From: an uncultured Candidatus Rokubacteria bacterium
GTDB taxonomy: Bacteria; Methylomirabilota; Methylomirabilia; Rokubacteriales; DASRDR01
Assembly: GCA_963708025.1 (NCBI GenBank)
Contig: CAVPSB010000015.1
Coordinates: forward strand, 160,001 to 224,000
Reading direction: 5' to 3'
Length of the DNA stretch: 64,000 nucleotides
A program made the translations under genes and the position numbers. Under the pieces are notes generated by a model that made no database searches, was not told the DNA's origin, and saw only the letters and a program-made list of their open reading frames with translations. This document shows positions 1-10,648 of the stretch, piece by piece (the first letter of the stretch is position 1; each line of letters starts with the position of its first letter).

Positions 1-461
1 CCGCCGTGCACGGCACGCTGGTCGTTGCGCTGGGTCTGGCGACGACGCCGTTCGGCGCGTCGTGGGGCCCGAGTGTCGGCGTGCTGGGGGCGATGGGCGT
101 CGTCGCCAGCGCGCTCCTCGCCAACGTGTGGCCGCTGCGCGCCACGGCGGATGGAAGCCGGGTCGAGCGATGGCTGGACGGCCTCGGCAACCGGCATGGA
201 TTCTACGGAGCGCTGCTCGGTTACGTGCTCGGCCGCACCTTCATCCCCGACCTCTTGCCCGCTCTGCTCATCGTCGTGACGCTCGGCTCACATGCCTACT
301 GGCTCGGTCGGGTTGCCCTGCTCCTGGCCACACGGCGCCGGCCGGGGCCGGAGGTGGTGGGCGCCGACGGTTCGCGCTTCGGCGTCGAGCCGGCCCGTCG
401 CCCTACCGGGAGCTGGCTCAGCTCGAGCCCACGCGACCGGTGCCGCCCGGCCCCGGATTGA
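1..461 (+). CDS. 3' part of a membrane protein, possibly the C-terminus of a CDP-alcohol phosphatidyltransferase family protein (5'-truncated by window edge)
   Basis: Hydrophobic ORF 6..461 (VHGTLVVALG...LDGLGNRHGFYGALL) with several TM-like segments; family call from weak resemblance only. Confidence 0.4.
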   Translation, partial: AVHGTLVVALGLATTPFGASWGPSVGVLGAMGVVASALLANVWPLRATADGSRVERWLDGLGNRHGFYGALLGYVLGRTFIPDLLPALLIVVTLGSHAYWLGRVALLLATRRRPGPEVVGADGSRFGVEPARRPTGSWLSSSPRDRCRPAPD

Positions 462-526
462 GCGCGGGCAGCGCGGACTGGGCGCGGGCGGACTGCTGAC
501 GGCGTCCCAGCCAGCCGGCCCGGGCA

Positions 527-628
527 CACCATCTCGGCGGAGATCTCTCCCGCCTTGATCTTGCCCGGCCAGCGGACCATCGCCGGCACGCGGAACGCGC
601 CCTCCCAGTTGGTGTCCTTCTCGCTGCG
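527..628 (-). pseudogene. isolated internal fragment of an arylsulfatase gene
   Basis: Translates to [34 protein letters not shown], the typical sulfatase K-x-x-x-W-E-G-x-x-R-V-P-x-x-x-R-W-P-G segment; flanks are not sulfatase-like. Confidence 0.7.
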
Positions 629-930
629 ATGACTCGGAGGAGCGCGTCGGCGACACCCGACCTCCGGTTCCACCCCGGCCGGAGGGTCGCCAGGTTCTCG
701 GTGCCCGTTGCCAACGGGCCAGGGCGCAGACGCTCGAGGGGAAGTCCCGTCGCCATGCCAGACGCAAAGCCACGATAGCCCTGGTCGCCCCGGGCGCCAA
801 TGGGACTTTGGTCCTACTCTGCTCGGCCGGTGTCTCGCCGGGAGTCTTGACGGGCGCTCCCTCCACGGGTCACCATCGGTCGTCGGCCGCTCCTTCTCCG
901 ATCGACAACACCCGGCACGGGAGGACATGC

Positions 931-2503
931 GTGCGGAGGCTCTTCGGCATCACGCTGCTCGTCGCGGTCGCCGTGACCGCGCTGGCCACGCCGGCGTCGG
1001 CGGTGCTGGCGACGCTCACGGACGACGCCCACACCTCGTCCGCGTCCCAGGCGAAGAACTTCGGCATCGAGCCGTCCCTGCTCGTCCAGGCCCCGGGGCC
1101 CCGGACGGTCACCTTCCTCAAGTTCGACCTGGCGAGCCTGCCGAGCGGGACCCAGGGCAGCGACGTCGTGAAGGCGACCCTGACACTCTGGGTGAGCCGG
1201 GTCGGCGCGCCGGGGTTCTTCGACGTGCGAGTCGTGCGCAGTCCCTGGAGCGAGGGCGCGCTGACCGCGGTGGCGACGCCGCGGCTCGGCAGCGCGGAGA
1301 TCGGCGGGGTGCCGGTCGTCGCCGCGGCCCGGCAGTCGTTCATGACGCTCGACCTCACGGAGATCGTCCGGGAGTGGGTGGACAAGGGCCTGCCGAACCA
1401 CGGGATCGCGCTCGTCCCCAGCTCGCGCGAGGTGGCGGTGACCTTCGACAGCAAGGAGAACCGGGAGACCAGTCACGAGCCCCGGCTCGAGATCGTCCTG
1501 CGCGGCGAGCCCGGCATCGCCGGGCCACCCGGCCCCGCCGGCCCCGTGGGGCCGTCGGGGGGAACCGGCGGAGCCGCCGCCGGCCTGCCGGGTCCGGCCG
1601 GTTCACCGGGGCCGCCCGGACCGCAGGGAGCGATCGGTCCGCCCGGGCCGCGCGGGCCCGAAGGTCGTGAGGGGCTGCCCGGCCCGCCGGGGCTGCCTGG
1701 CCAGATGGGTCCTGCGGGTCCGGCCGGCTCGACGGGGCCGTCGGGACACGCCGGGACCGCCGGGACCGATGGGCCCCCCCGGGTTCGCCGGTCCTCCCGG
1801 CGTTCCCGGCGCTGCCGGCATCGCGGGGCCGGCCGGGCCGGTCGGCCCCGCGGTCACCGTCGCCGGCACGGCCCAGGTGGCCGCGAGGTCCACGCTCAAC
1901 GGGCTGAGGGAGTTCCGCGCCACCTCCAACTGGACGGCGCCCCCCGGCGTTACCCACGTGCTCGTGGAGTCCTGGGGCGCCGGTGGGGGCGGCGGCGGCG
2001 GCTCGTCGGGCGCCACCGGCGGCGGGGGCGGCGGCGGTGCCGGCGCCTACCAGCGCGGTGTCGTCGCCGTCACCCCCGGCGCCTCCTACGAGGTGGTCCT
2101 GGGCCAGGGCGGCGCCCAGGGGGACGTCGGCAAAGCGGGGTCGGCCGGCACCGACACGGAGTTCCGCGACGTGCGGACCGGCGCCGTCCTGTACCGGGCG
2201 CGGGCCGGTCGGGGTGGGGGCGCGGGACAGGAGCAGTACCTGCCGGGGTCCGTGGGGGCCGGGGGACCCGGCGATTCGGCGGGCATCGCGCGCGATGGCG
2301 TTAACGGGGCCGCCGGCTCGCCGTGTCCGCCCGCCGCGCTGTCGCCCTCGAACTGCCTTCGCCCGGCCAGCGGCGGCGCCGGCGGCGTCGCCTCCCGCGG
2401 CAGCGTGGATCCCCCCTCGACCGCCGGGCGTGGCGGCGGGGGCGGTCAGGGCAATAAACCGGGAACGGCGGGGTCGCCGGGCTACGTCATCCTGCAATGG
2501 TGA
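931..2503 (+). CDS. secreted collagen-like protein: signal peptide + DNRLRE/CBM96-like domain + Gly-X-Y repeats + C-terminal glycine-rich domain (frameshift near 1775)
   Basis: GGAGG at 920-924 then GTG 931; signal peptide [44 protein letters not shown] motifs; GXY run about 1504-1850 continuing in the 1667..2503 frame after a poly-C tract; [22 protein letters not shown]. Confidence 0.8.
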
Positions 2504-2653
2504 CCGCCGTTGCGCGCCCCCCGCGTTCGTCGCACAATCGCCTGAACTCGCCGCCGGGTCAGCCGGCGGCCGCGGAAAGGGACCCCCGCCGATGAGACAC
2601 CTCGTGTCAACCCTCTCGTTCCGCCGACCTCGTACCGCGTCGGGACTGCGGGG

Positions 2654-2788
2654 CACCCCCCCTCCCGGCAGGCCGGAGGCCGTCGGCCAAAGGCCGGAGG
2701 CCGTCGGCCAAAGGCCGGAGGCCGTCGGTGGGTGGGGAGGGGTCGCCAGAGGCCGAAGGCCGTCTATGGGTGGGGGTGGACCCCAATG
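2654..2788 (+). repeat. G/C-rich intergenic repeat containing a 21-bp tandem (AGGCCGGAGGCCGTCGGCCAA x2.8) and ending in GGGTGGGGGTGGACCCCAATG
   Basis: Tandem units at 2670, 2691 and 2712; homologous copy at 22847-22920. Confidence 0.8.
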
Positions 2789-4028
2789 AGCGCCATCCTG
2801 TTCCGGAACGCCAGGCTCTTCGATCCCACGACCGGGCGAGCTCGCCGGCGGCGGCTCGGTCCTGGTCGAGGGCGATCGCATCCGCGAGGTCGCCTCCCGG
2901 CCGATCCACGCCGCCGGCGCCACCGTCCTCGACTGCGGCGGGCGGACCCTGATGCCCGGGCTGATCGACTGCCACGTCCACGTCTTCCTCTCCGAGGTCA
3001 ACATCCGCGCCCTCGAAGCCGTCCCGCTCACCCTCATGACGGCCCGCGCCGCCGGCCTGATGCGGGCCATGCTCGACCGCGGCTTCACGACCGTCCGCGA
3101 CACCGGCGGCGCCGACTGGGGGATCCGGGAGGCCGTCGCGCTCGGGCACCTGGCCGGGCCCCGCCTCTTCGTCGCCGGTCGGGCTATCGGCCAGACCAGC
3201 GGCCACTCGGACACCCGCCGCCGGACCGACACCGGGTCGTCCTGCCCGACGTGCAACGCGATGCTGTTCACGCTGGCCATCGCCGACGGCGCCGACGAGG
3301 TCCGCCGGGCCGTCCGCGAGCAGCTCCGCCAGGGGGCGGACCACATCAAGATCATGGTCTCCGGCGGGGTGGCCTCGCCCTACGATCCGCTCGACAGCCT
3401 CCAGTACACGCTGGACGAGATCCGGGCGGCCGTGGACGAGGCGGCCACCTTCAAGCGCTACGTCTGCGCCCACGCCTACCCCGCCGAGGCGATCGCCCGG
3501 GCCGTCGACTGCGGCGTGCGGGTGATCGAGCACGGGAACCTGATCGACGCCGGGACCGCGAAGCTGATGGCCGAGCGGGGCGCCATCCTGGTGCCGACGC
3601 TGGTCGCCTACGACGCCATCAACCGCCACGGCGGCCGGTTCGGGATGGGCGGGGAGAGCCTCGAGAAGAACAAGCTCGTCCTGGAGGCGGGGCTCCGCTC
3701 GCTCGAGCTCGCCCGGGACGCCGGCGTGCGGATGGCGTACGGGAGCGACCTGCTCGGACAGCTCCAGCCCGACCAGTCGCGCGAGTTCCTGCTCCGGGCC
3801 GAGGCCCTCTCGCCCCGCGAGATCCTCCACTCGGCGACGGTTGTCGGCGCCGAGCTGCTCGGCCGGGCGGGCGAGCTGGGCGTCGTGGCCCCGGGGGCGC
3901 TGGCCGACCTCCTGGTGGTGGACGGCAACCCGCTCGAGGACCTGGGGCTCTTCCAGGACCAGGGCGCCCACCTGTCGGTGATCATGCAGGGCGGACGGCT
4001 CCACAAGAACCGCCTCCCCCCGGCATGA
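2786..4028 (+). CDS. metal-dependent amidohydrolase family protein (frameshift near 2833)
   Basis: MSAILFRNARLFD start, then MPGLIDCHVH, GFTTVRDTGG, IKIMVSGGV, AHA, IEHG, GSD and ADLLVVDGNP motifs. Confidence 0.9.
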
Positions 4029-4852
4029 CGGCGAGCGGCGTCGCCCTCCGCCGCGGGCTGGGTCGCCTGGCCCTGCGGGGCGCGGCGGGGGTGGCCCTCG
4101 CCTTCGTCCTCCTCCCCCTCGGGCTCGTCTCCTGGCTCGGCTTCTTCCGGAACGAGGTCGTCTCCTTCCCGCCCCGGGGGTACACCCTCCGCTGGTTCGG
4201 GGCGATCCTCGACCAGCGCAACTTCGTCGACGGGTTCGTGGCGAGCCTGGAGGTCGGCCTCGTCGCCATGCTGGCGGGGCTCGCGGTCGGCGTGCCGGCC
4301 AGCCTGTGCCTGGCGCGCCACCGCTTCCGCGGCCACGAGGCGCTGAACACGCTGCTCCTCCTGCCCCTGGTCGTGCCCGGCATCGTCGCCGGCACCGCCA
4401 TCTACGTGTTCCAGGTCGAGACCGAGATCTTGACCGGCCTCCCCCTGGTCGCCTCGCTGCCGGGGCTCGTGCTGGCCCACGTCCTCATCACGATCCCGTG
4501 GACCGTGCGGCTCGTCACCGCCAGCCTGGCCGGGCTCGACCGCACGGTGGAGGAGGCGGCGCTCAGCCTCGGTGCCGGGCCGTGGACGACGTTCCGGCGC
4601 GTCACCCTGCCGCTGATCCGGCCCGGGGTGGTGGCGGCCGCGCTCTTCAGCTTCATCATCTCGTTCGGCAACCTGGAGATGTCGCTCTTCCTGGTCGGTC
4701 CCGGGCGCACCACGCTGCCGATCGCCATCCTCCAGTACCTGGAGTGGCGCATCGACCCGGTCATCGCCGCCGTGTCCTTCCTCCAGATCGTCCTGATCGC
4801 CGCCGGCATGGCGGTGACGAACCGGTACGTGCGGCTCAGCCGGGTGCTGTAG
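4025..4852 (+). CDS. ABC transporter permease (PotC-like)
   Basis: ATGA overlap with upstream stop; multiple TMs; EAA loop VEEAALSLGA. Confidence 0.9.
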   Translation: MTASGVALRRGLGRLALRGAAGVALAFVLLPLGLVSWLGFFRNEVVSFPPRGYTLRWFGAILDQRNFVDGFVASLEVGLVAMLAGLAVGVPASLCLARHRFRGHEALNTLLLLPLVVPGIVAGTAIYVFQVETEILTGLPLVASLPGLVLAHVLITIPWTVRLVTASLAGLDRTVEEAALSLGAGPWTTFRRVTLPLIRPGVVAAALFSFIISFGNLEMSLFLVGPGRTTLPIAILQYLEWRIDPVIAAVSFLQIVLIAAGMAVTNRYVRLSRVL

Positions 4853-4861
4853 CCGGCCGGC

Positions 4862-5950
4862 ATGTCGCGCGTCGTCCTCGAGGGGCTGTCGAAGCGGTAC
4901 GGCGAGGTGTGGGCCGTCCGCGACGTCGCGCTCACGATCGAGGAGGGCGAGCTGGTGGTCCTGCTCGGCCCCAGCGGCTGCGGCAAGACGACGATCCTCC
5001 GCATGATCGCCGGCCTGGCCGAGGTCACGGCGGGCCGGATCCGGCTGGGCGGGCGCGACATCACCCAGGCCCCGCCTTACCGGCGGAACACCGGGCTCGT
5101 CTTCCAGGGCTACGCTCTCTTTCCCCACCTGACCGTCGCCGAGAACGTCGCCTTCGGCCTCGAGATGCGCCGGCTGGCGCGGCCGGCCATCGACGACAAG
5201 GTCGCCGAGGCGCTGCGCCTGGTGCGCTTGGGGGGGCTCGGGGACCGCCTGCCGCGCCAGCTCTCGGGCGGGCAGCAGCAGCGGGTCGCGCTGGCCCGCG
5301 CGCTGGTCATCGCGCCCGAGCTGCTCCTCCTAGACGAGCCGCTGTCCAACCTCGACGCCAAGCTGCGGGAGGAGGTCCGCGTCGAGATCCGGCAGCTCCA
5401 GCGGACGCTCGGGCTGACGACCCTCATGGTGACCCACGACCAGGAAGAGGCGCTGACCATGGCCGACCGGCTGGTCGTCATGTCGGGCGGCGTGATCCAG
5501 CAGATCGGGACGCAGCGCGAGCTGTACGACCGGCCGGCGAACCGGTTCGTGGCCGGCTTCGTGGGCCGGACGAACTTCTTTCCGGGCCGCGTGGTGGCGC
5601 CCGGCCTGTTCGAGACCGACGGCGGCCTGAAGATCCGGGTAGCGGCCGACGGCGACGCCGGCCGCCCCGCCCTGCTCGCCCTGCGGCCGGAGCGGGTGGC
5701 GATCGCGGGGGGACCGCCGGCCGGCGTGGCGAACAGCGCGGCGGGGGCGGTGGAGTTCGTGTCGTATTTGGGCTCGATCATCGAGTACTACGTGCGGCTG
5801 GCATCCGGGGAGGTGGTGCGGGTCCACAGTCCGAACACCGGGGCGGCCGGCGCCCCCGCCTTCGCCCTCGGCGACCGGGTGCAGCTCGCCTGGCCGGCGG
5901 AGGCGGGGCTCGTTCTGGCCAACGACCAGACCCAGGAGGATCGACGATGA
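4862..5950 (+). CDS. ABC transporter ATP-binding protein (PotA-like, C-terminal TOBE)
   Basis: Walker A GPSGCGKT, LSGGQQQR signature, LLLDEP, VTHDQEEA. Confidence 0.95.
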   Translation: MSRVVLEGLSKRYGEVWAVRDVALTIEEGELVVLLGPSGCGKTTILRMIAGLAEVTAGRIRLGGRDITQAPPYRRNTGLVFQGYALFPHLTVAENVAFGLEMRRLARPAIDDKVAEALRLVRLGGLGDRLPRQLSGGQQQRVALARALVIAPELLLLDEPLSNLDAKLREEVRVEIRQLQRTLGLTTLMVTHDQEEALTMADRLVVMSGGVIQQIGTQRELYDRPANRFVAGFVGRTNFFPGRVVAPGLFETDGGLKIRVAADGDAGRPALLALRPERVAIAGGPPAGVANSAAGAVEFVSYLGSIIEYYVRLASGEVVRVHSPNTGAAGAPAFALGDRVQLAWPAEAGLVLANDQTQEDRR

Positions 5951-7026
5951 AGAGCAGACTGTCCGGGAGCGCTCCGTTCGCGATCACGCGCCGCCGCTTC
6001 GTCCAGGGGGCGGGCGCGCTGGCCGGCGCCGCCGCGCTGGGCGGCCTCGGGGCCGGCCCGGCCCGGGCCCAGGCTGGCGGCAAGATGGTGCTGGGCACCT
6101 GGGGCGGCGACTACTCGAAGCTCCTCACCCAGAACGTCGAGACGCCGATCCTGAAGCCCAAGGGGATCGAGGTCGTCCACGACATCGCCGGCGACCCCCA
6201 GCGGCGGGCGAAGCTGGTCGCCGAGAAGCGCCTCCCGCGGGGGACGACCGACCTCCAGGCGCTCAGCGCGGCGGGCTCCTACGAGATGTGGGCGGCCGGC
6301 GTGCTCGACGAGATCGACTTCGGCAAGATCGCGAACGCCCGGCACCTGCTGGCGCCGATGAAGACGAAGTACTCGGTCGGCCACATCTACAGCGGGCAGG
6401 TGATCCTCTACAACCCGCAGATGATCAGCCCGGCGCCGACCTCGTACAACGACCTCTGGGATCCCAAGCACCAGGGCAAGGTCGGCGTCATCGACATCCA
6501 GTACATCGGCACCATCGAAGCCGCGACCCTCGTCTCGGGCGGCAGCATGGAGAACTTCGAGCCGGCCAAGGCCAAGCTCCTCGAGCTGCGGAAGCTCGGC
6601 CTGAAGATGTACCCGACCAACGAGGCGATGGCCCAAGCGCTCCAGACGGGCGAGGTCGGCATGTGCATCATGTGGAAGGCCCGCGGCGTGATGTGGCAGA
6701 ACGCCGGCGTGCCGGTCCAGGCGGTGGCCCCGAAGGAGGGCGTGGTCCTCTACGTCTCCGACTTCGTCCTGCCCAAGAACGCGCAGAACAAGGCGGCCGC
6801 CCATGCGTATCTCGACGCGATGCTGGAGCCGACGGCCCAGGTCGCGTTCGCCGAGACCATGGGCTACAACGCCACCGTGGACAACGCCAAGCCGCCCGAG
6901 GCGGTGGCCAAGCGGGTCGGCTTCAGCAAGGAGGAGCAGGCGAAGCTGATCACGCCCAGCTACGAGTACATCGCCAAGGTGGACTCGCAGTTCAAGGAGT
7001 GGTGGGACAAGGTCTTCAAGGCCTGA
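5947..7026 (+). CDS. ABC transporter substrate-binding protein (PotD-like), Tat-exported
   Basis: Twin-arginine signal TRRRFVQGA...ARA; WGGDY, DLWDPK and PKEG motifs. Confidence 0.9.
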   Translation: MKSRLSGSAPFAITRRRFVQGAGALAGAAALGGLGAGPARAQAGGKMVLGTWGGDYSKLLTQNVETPILKPKGIEVVHDIAGDPQRRAKLVAEKRLPRGTTDLQALSAAGSYEMWAAGVLDEIDFGKIANARHLLAPMKTKYSVGHIYSGQVILYNPQMISPAPTSYNDLWDPKHQGKVGVIDIQYIGTIEAATLVSGGSMENFEPAKAKLLELRKLGLKMYPTNEAMAQALQTGEVGMCIMWKARGVMWQNAGVPVQAVAPKEGVVLYVSDFVLPKNAQNKAAAHAYLDAMLEPTAQVAFAETMGYNATVDNAKPPEAVAKRVGFSKEEQAKLITPSYEYIAKVDSQFKEWWDKVFKA

Positions 7027-7039
7027 GCCGCCCTTCCGC

Positions 7040-7086
7040 TCCCTCTCCCTCCCTCGGGGAGGGAGAGGGGCGGGGTGAGGGTGGGC
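7040..7086. repeat. CCCTCTCCC...GGGAGAGGG-type REP-like palindrome
   Basis: CCCTCTCCCTCCC-TCG-GGGAGGGAGAGGG hairpin followed by GCGGGGTGAGGG, inside the operon. Confidence 0.65.
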
Positions 7087-7112
7087 CGAGGCACGCACAT
7101 GATGGACCGGCG

Positions 7113-7976
7113 GTGACGGCGGAGCGACCGGGCGCCTCCCGGGGCCTGGCCGCGGCGGCGCTGGTGACGCCGGCCAGCCTCGTCGTCACCGTCGGGCTCC
7201 TGGTGCCCATCGCCATCCTCTTCCGCTACAGCCTGAACCGCTTCGTCCCCGGGCGCCTCATGGTCGAGGCGCTGACGGTGGAGAACTACGTCAAGTTCTT
7301 CACCGACCCGTTCTACGTCGCCGTCCTCCTCCGGACCTTCCGGGTGGCCGGCGTCTGCATGGTCCTGTGCCTGGTCTTCGGCTTCCCGCTCGCCTACGTG
7401 CTGGCCCGGACGCGCACGCGGTGGAAGAGCGTCCTGATCATGCTCGTGGTGCTCCCGCTCTTCGTGGGGAACGCCGTCCGCGCGGCCGGCTGGATGGTCA
7501 TGTTCAGCAACAAGGGCCTGCTCAACACGATGCTCGCCTGGCTGGGATTCGGCAGCCAGGCGCCGCTCATGTACACGGAGACCGCGGTGATCGTGGGGAT
7601 CACCGCGGTCAACCTGCCCTTCATGGTGCTGACGCTCCAGAGCGTCATCGAGGGGATCGATCCCTCCGTCGAGGAGGCGGCCCTCACGCTCGGCGCCGGG
7701 CCGCTGCGGGTGTTCGGGCGGGTGATCCTGCCGCTGGCCATGCCGGGGGTGCTGGCCGGCACCATCCTGGTGTTCATCCTCGGCATGAATGCCTACGCCA
7801 CCCCGGTCCTCCTCGGCGGGCCCCGTTTCCAGGTGATGGGGCCAGTCGTCTACGGGCAGTTCGTCGGCCTCAACAACTGGCCATTCGGCGCCGCCCTCTC
7901 CTTCGTCCTCATGACCGCCACCCTCCTCCTGACCGTCGTGTCCAACGTGCTCGTCCAGCGCCGCTACCGCCGCTGA
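7113..7976 (+). CDS. ABC transporter permease (PotB-like)
   Basis: TM segments; VEEAALTLGA; TPVLLGG. Confidence 0.9.
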   Translation: MTAERPGASRGLAAAALVTPASLVVTVGLLVPIAILFRYSLNRFVPGRLMVEALTVENYVKFFTDPFYVAVLLRTFRVAGVCMVLCLVFGFPLAYVLARTRTRWKSVLIMLVVLPLFVGNAVRAAGWMVMFSNKGLLNTMLAWLGFGSQAPLMYTETAVIVGITAVNLPFMVLTLQSVIEGIDPSVEEAALTLGAGPLRVFGRVILPLAMPGVLAGTILVFILGMNAYATPVLLGGPRFQVMGPVVYGQFVGLNNWPFGAALSFVLMTATLLLTVVSNVLVQRRYRR

Positions 7977-8056
7977 GCAGGGAAGGCCCGCTCGCACGAC
8001 GGCAACGTCGCGTCCCGCGGGGGGAGCGGTGCCGCGCCGAAGGAGGCATCCTCCCT

Positions 8057-8296
8057 GCAACGGAGTCGTTCCAGCCCGGGCAGGCGAGCTCGTTCTTCGG
8101 CTACGGCTACCAGACATGGATTCTCCCCGGCAAGGAGCGGCAGTTCGTGCTGCGGGGCCTGCGGGGGCAAAGCGTGTTCGTGGACCCGAAGTCGAAGCTC
8201 GTGATGGTCCACACCGCGGCGCGCGACGTCGGCGACCTGGGAATCGGGGAGCTGGTGTCACTCTGGTCCGGCGTCGTGAAGGGGCACGCCAAGTGA
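8057..8296 (+). pseudogene. C-terminal remnant of a beta-lactamase-family serine hydrolase
   Basis: GYGYQTW...GLRGQSVFVDPKSKLVMV is the typical C-terminus of this family; no SxxK-containing N-terminus upstream. Confidence 0.75.
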
Positions 8297-8390
8297 GAAG
8301 AGCCGCACCTGACGGCCGATCGGAGCGGGCGCCATGATGCCGGGGGGCCCGAAGCCGACTGCTGGGCGGCGACCCGTACATCGGGCAACG

Positions 8391-9770
8391 CTAGAGCTGG
8401 CCGGTCGGGCCCCAGGCTTCGAGGCGCGCCGGGTAGGCCGGGTCGTCGTAGCGGGCGAGCGTGAACGCCGGAGCGTAGTCGGGTAGGGGGCCGCCGGTCA
8501 CGTGGGCGGCGAGCAGTTCGCCCGCGGCGCAGGCGGCCATGAGGCCGTAGCCGGAGAGCGCCCCGATGACGTAGGCGCCGTCCACCGGCAGCGGCCCGAC
8601 GAGGGGCCGGTTCTCGCGGGTCTTGGTGTAGTAGCCGCCGTCGAGGTAGACCCGCGGCATCCGCTCCAGGTAGGCGCGGAAGCCCGGGATCATCCGCGAC
8701 ATGCCGCGGAGCGCCAGCTCCGGGAAGTAGGGGTCAGCCGGCAGCGGGAACACCGGGGCGGCGGCCTCGGTGTGGTAGGCCCAGATGACCAGGATCGTCC
8801 GGCTGTCCGGGCTGCCGCCCTCCGGGCGCAGGTGGACGCCGGCGGGGAACGGCCCGAGCATCCAGCGGAGCTCGTCGGCCGCGCCGAGCCCGGCCCGCTC
8901 CTCCTCGGTCCAGTCGAGGGTCTGGGGGTCGTCCCAGATCAGGAAGGGTGCGTCCCGCGGCACCACGCCGAGGTGGTCGTCGAAGGCGATCTTGACGTGC
9001 CGCTCGGAGAAGACCGGCAGCTCGACGCCGCCCAGGAGCCGGGCGACGTCCCCGACGAAGGGCCCGGCCGCGTCCACGAAGCGGCGCGTCGCGATCGTGG
9101 CCGCGCCCGCCGCCCCCGCCACCCGCACGCCTTCCACCCGGCCGCGCGCGATGTCGATCCCCTCCACGCGCGCCTCGAGGACCCGGACGCCGTGGCGGCG
9201 GGCCTGCTCCAGGAGGTACATGCCGAGCTGCTGGCCGGAGAGCCAGCCGCAGCGGCGGGCGTGGAGGATGGCGATCGTGTCGGGCGCGACGTACGGGAAG
9301 TGCCGGCGGATCAGCGCCGGATCGAGGAGCAGGTCGGCGCCGGCCGGCTGGCCCCGGTACTCGAACGGCGACGCCGGCGCGTAGGGCTCGGGCCCCGGGT
9401 GGCGCCGGAGCGGGCCGGCCCCCAGGGCGGCCGCCGCCTCCGCCGTCTTCGCGAGCTCGGCGGCGTGGGCAGGGTCGGCGGTGGCGTAGACGTAGCCCCG
9501 GCGGTTCATCCGGAAGACGTTGCCGCTCTCCTCCGCCAGCGCCTCCAGGAGGTCGATGCTGCGGTTCATGAGCCGGAGCATGGCGTCGTCGGGCCCCGGC
9601 CACCAGTTGCGGTACGCCTCGGTCGACTTGTCGCTGGTCAGGGACAGCGGCGGTCGCTCGTCCACCAGCACGACGCGCTCGACCCCCCGCCGCGCCGCCA
9701 GATGGTAGGCGGCCGCGACGCCGGCGATCCCGGCGCCGCAGATCACGACGTCGGCCGCGGGCGCCGTCAT
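8391..9770 (-). CDS. FAD-dependent oxidoreductase (DAO/sarcosine oxidase beta-like)
   Basis: GAGIAG dinucleotide motif, VDAAGP, ENRPLVG, SGYGLM. Confidence 0.9.
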   Translation of the reverse strand: MTAPAADVVICGAGIAGVAAAYHLAARRGVERVVLVDERPPLSLTSDKSTEAYRNWWPGPDDAMLRLMNRSIDLLEALAEESGNVFRMNRRGYVYATADPAHAAELAKTAEAAAALGAGPLRRHPGPEPYAPASPFEYRGQPAGADLLLDPALIRRHFPYVAPDTIAILHARRCGWLSGQQLGMYLLEQARRHGVRVLEARVEGIDIARGRVEGVRVAGAAGAATIATRRFVDAAGPFVGDVARLLGGVELPVFSERHVKIAFDDHLGVVPRDAPFLIWDDPQTLDWTEEERAGLGAADELRWMLGPFPAGVHLRPEGGSPDSRTILVIWAYHTEAAAPVFPLPADPYFPELALRGMSRMIPGFRAYLERMPRVYLDGGYYTKTRENRPLVGPLPVDGAYVIGALSGYGLMAACAAGELLAAHVTGGPLPDYAPAFTLARYDDPAYPARLEAWGPTGQL

Positions 9771-9798
9771 GGCCGGAGGGCTGGCCGGGCGATCCGGG

Positions 9799-10098
9799 TC
9801 AGGGCTCCCGCCGCCCGCGGAGCTCGAGGTAGAGGTTGTAGGTGGCGATCCCGGCCGGGAACAGGTTGGACAGGATCCCGACCGAGTCGTTCTTGCCGAG
9901 GGTGAAGTAGGCCAGCAGGAGCAGGCTACCCACGATGCTCATGTACCAGAAGAGCGGCGGCAGCGTGGGCCGGCCGCGGAGCCGGGAGACATAGAGCTGG
10001 ACCAGCCAGCGTCCGGTGAACAGCGCCACCCCGAGATAGCCGACCAGCTTCCAGGGTGTGAAAACGACGCCGAAGTAGACTCCGATGACCTGGCTCAT
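9799..10098 (-). CDS. lipid-A-disaccharide synthase N-terminal (LAB_N) domain protein
   Basis: WKLVGYLG..LFTGRWLVQ...FWYMSIVGSLLLLAYF pattern. Confidence 0.85.
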   Translation of the reverse strand: MSQVIGVYFGVVFTPWKLVGYLGVALFTGRWLVQLYVSRLRGRPTLPPLFWYMSIVGSLLLLAYFTLGKNDSVGILSNLFPAGIATYNLYLELRGRREP

Positions 10099-10243
10099 GA
10101 CGGCTCCCCCTCCGGCATCCTCTCACGGGAGCGCCGATCCCACGACGGGCTCGCGCGGGGCGATGGAAGAAGAACGGGGGGATCGCGGTATGGCACAGAT
10201 CGCGCGGCTCGACCAAGGAGCCAGCATTGCCTCGGCACGGCCG

Positions 10244-10648
10244 CTAGGGCTTCAACGTGAACTTGCCGTACTCGACGAAGTTCCGGTCGAAGGTGAAGGC
10301 CGTCGGGATCTTGAGCCGCTCCATCAGCGCAAAGCTCGTGCAGTCGGTGAAGCTGAACGCCTTGTCCTCGTAGCGCCGGAAGATCCGCCAGGCCGCCTCG
10401 AAGTCGAGGGGCGTGACTGGCTCGACCCGGAAGAACCGGCTCGCCCGGACGCCTTCCCCGAAATCGATCGAGGCGCGGTGCCCCACCCGCATCCGAATGA
10501 GGGTGTAGACCTCGTCGAGGACGTAGTCGCTGGTGACGAGTCGTTCCCCCCCCGACATCAGTTGGTCACGCGTGTCGAGGGCCTGGGGGTGATGTCGATC
10601 CCGCTCGTTCTCGATGGCGAAGAAGGCCGCAGTGTCTACGAAGACCAC
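10244..10648 (-). CDS. vapC: VapC-type PIN-domain toxin
   Basis: VFVDTAAF, VLDEVYT, SFTDCTSF and FTFD acidic PIN motifs. Confidence 0.9.
   Translation of the reverse strand: MVFVDTAAFFAIENERDRHHPQALDTRDQLMSGGERLVTSDYVLDEVYTLIRMRVGHRASIDFGEGVRASRFFRVEPVTPLDFEAAWRIFRRYEDKAFSFTDCTSFALMERLKIPTAFTFDRNFVEYGKFTLKP

Noticed and set aside
2670-2730. 21-bp tandem repeats as a CRISPR array
   Set aside because: Units are directly adjacent with no unique spacers, and there are no cas genes
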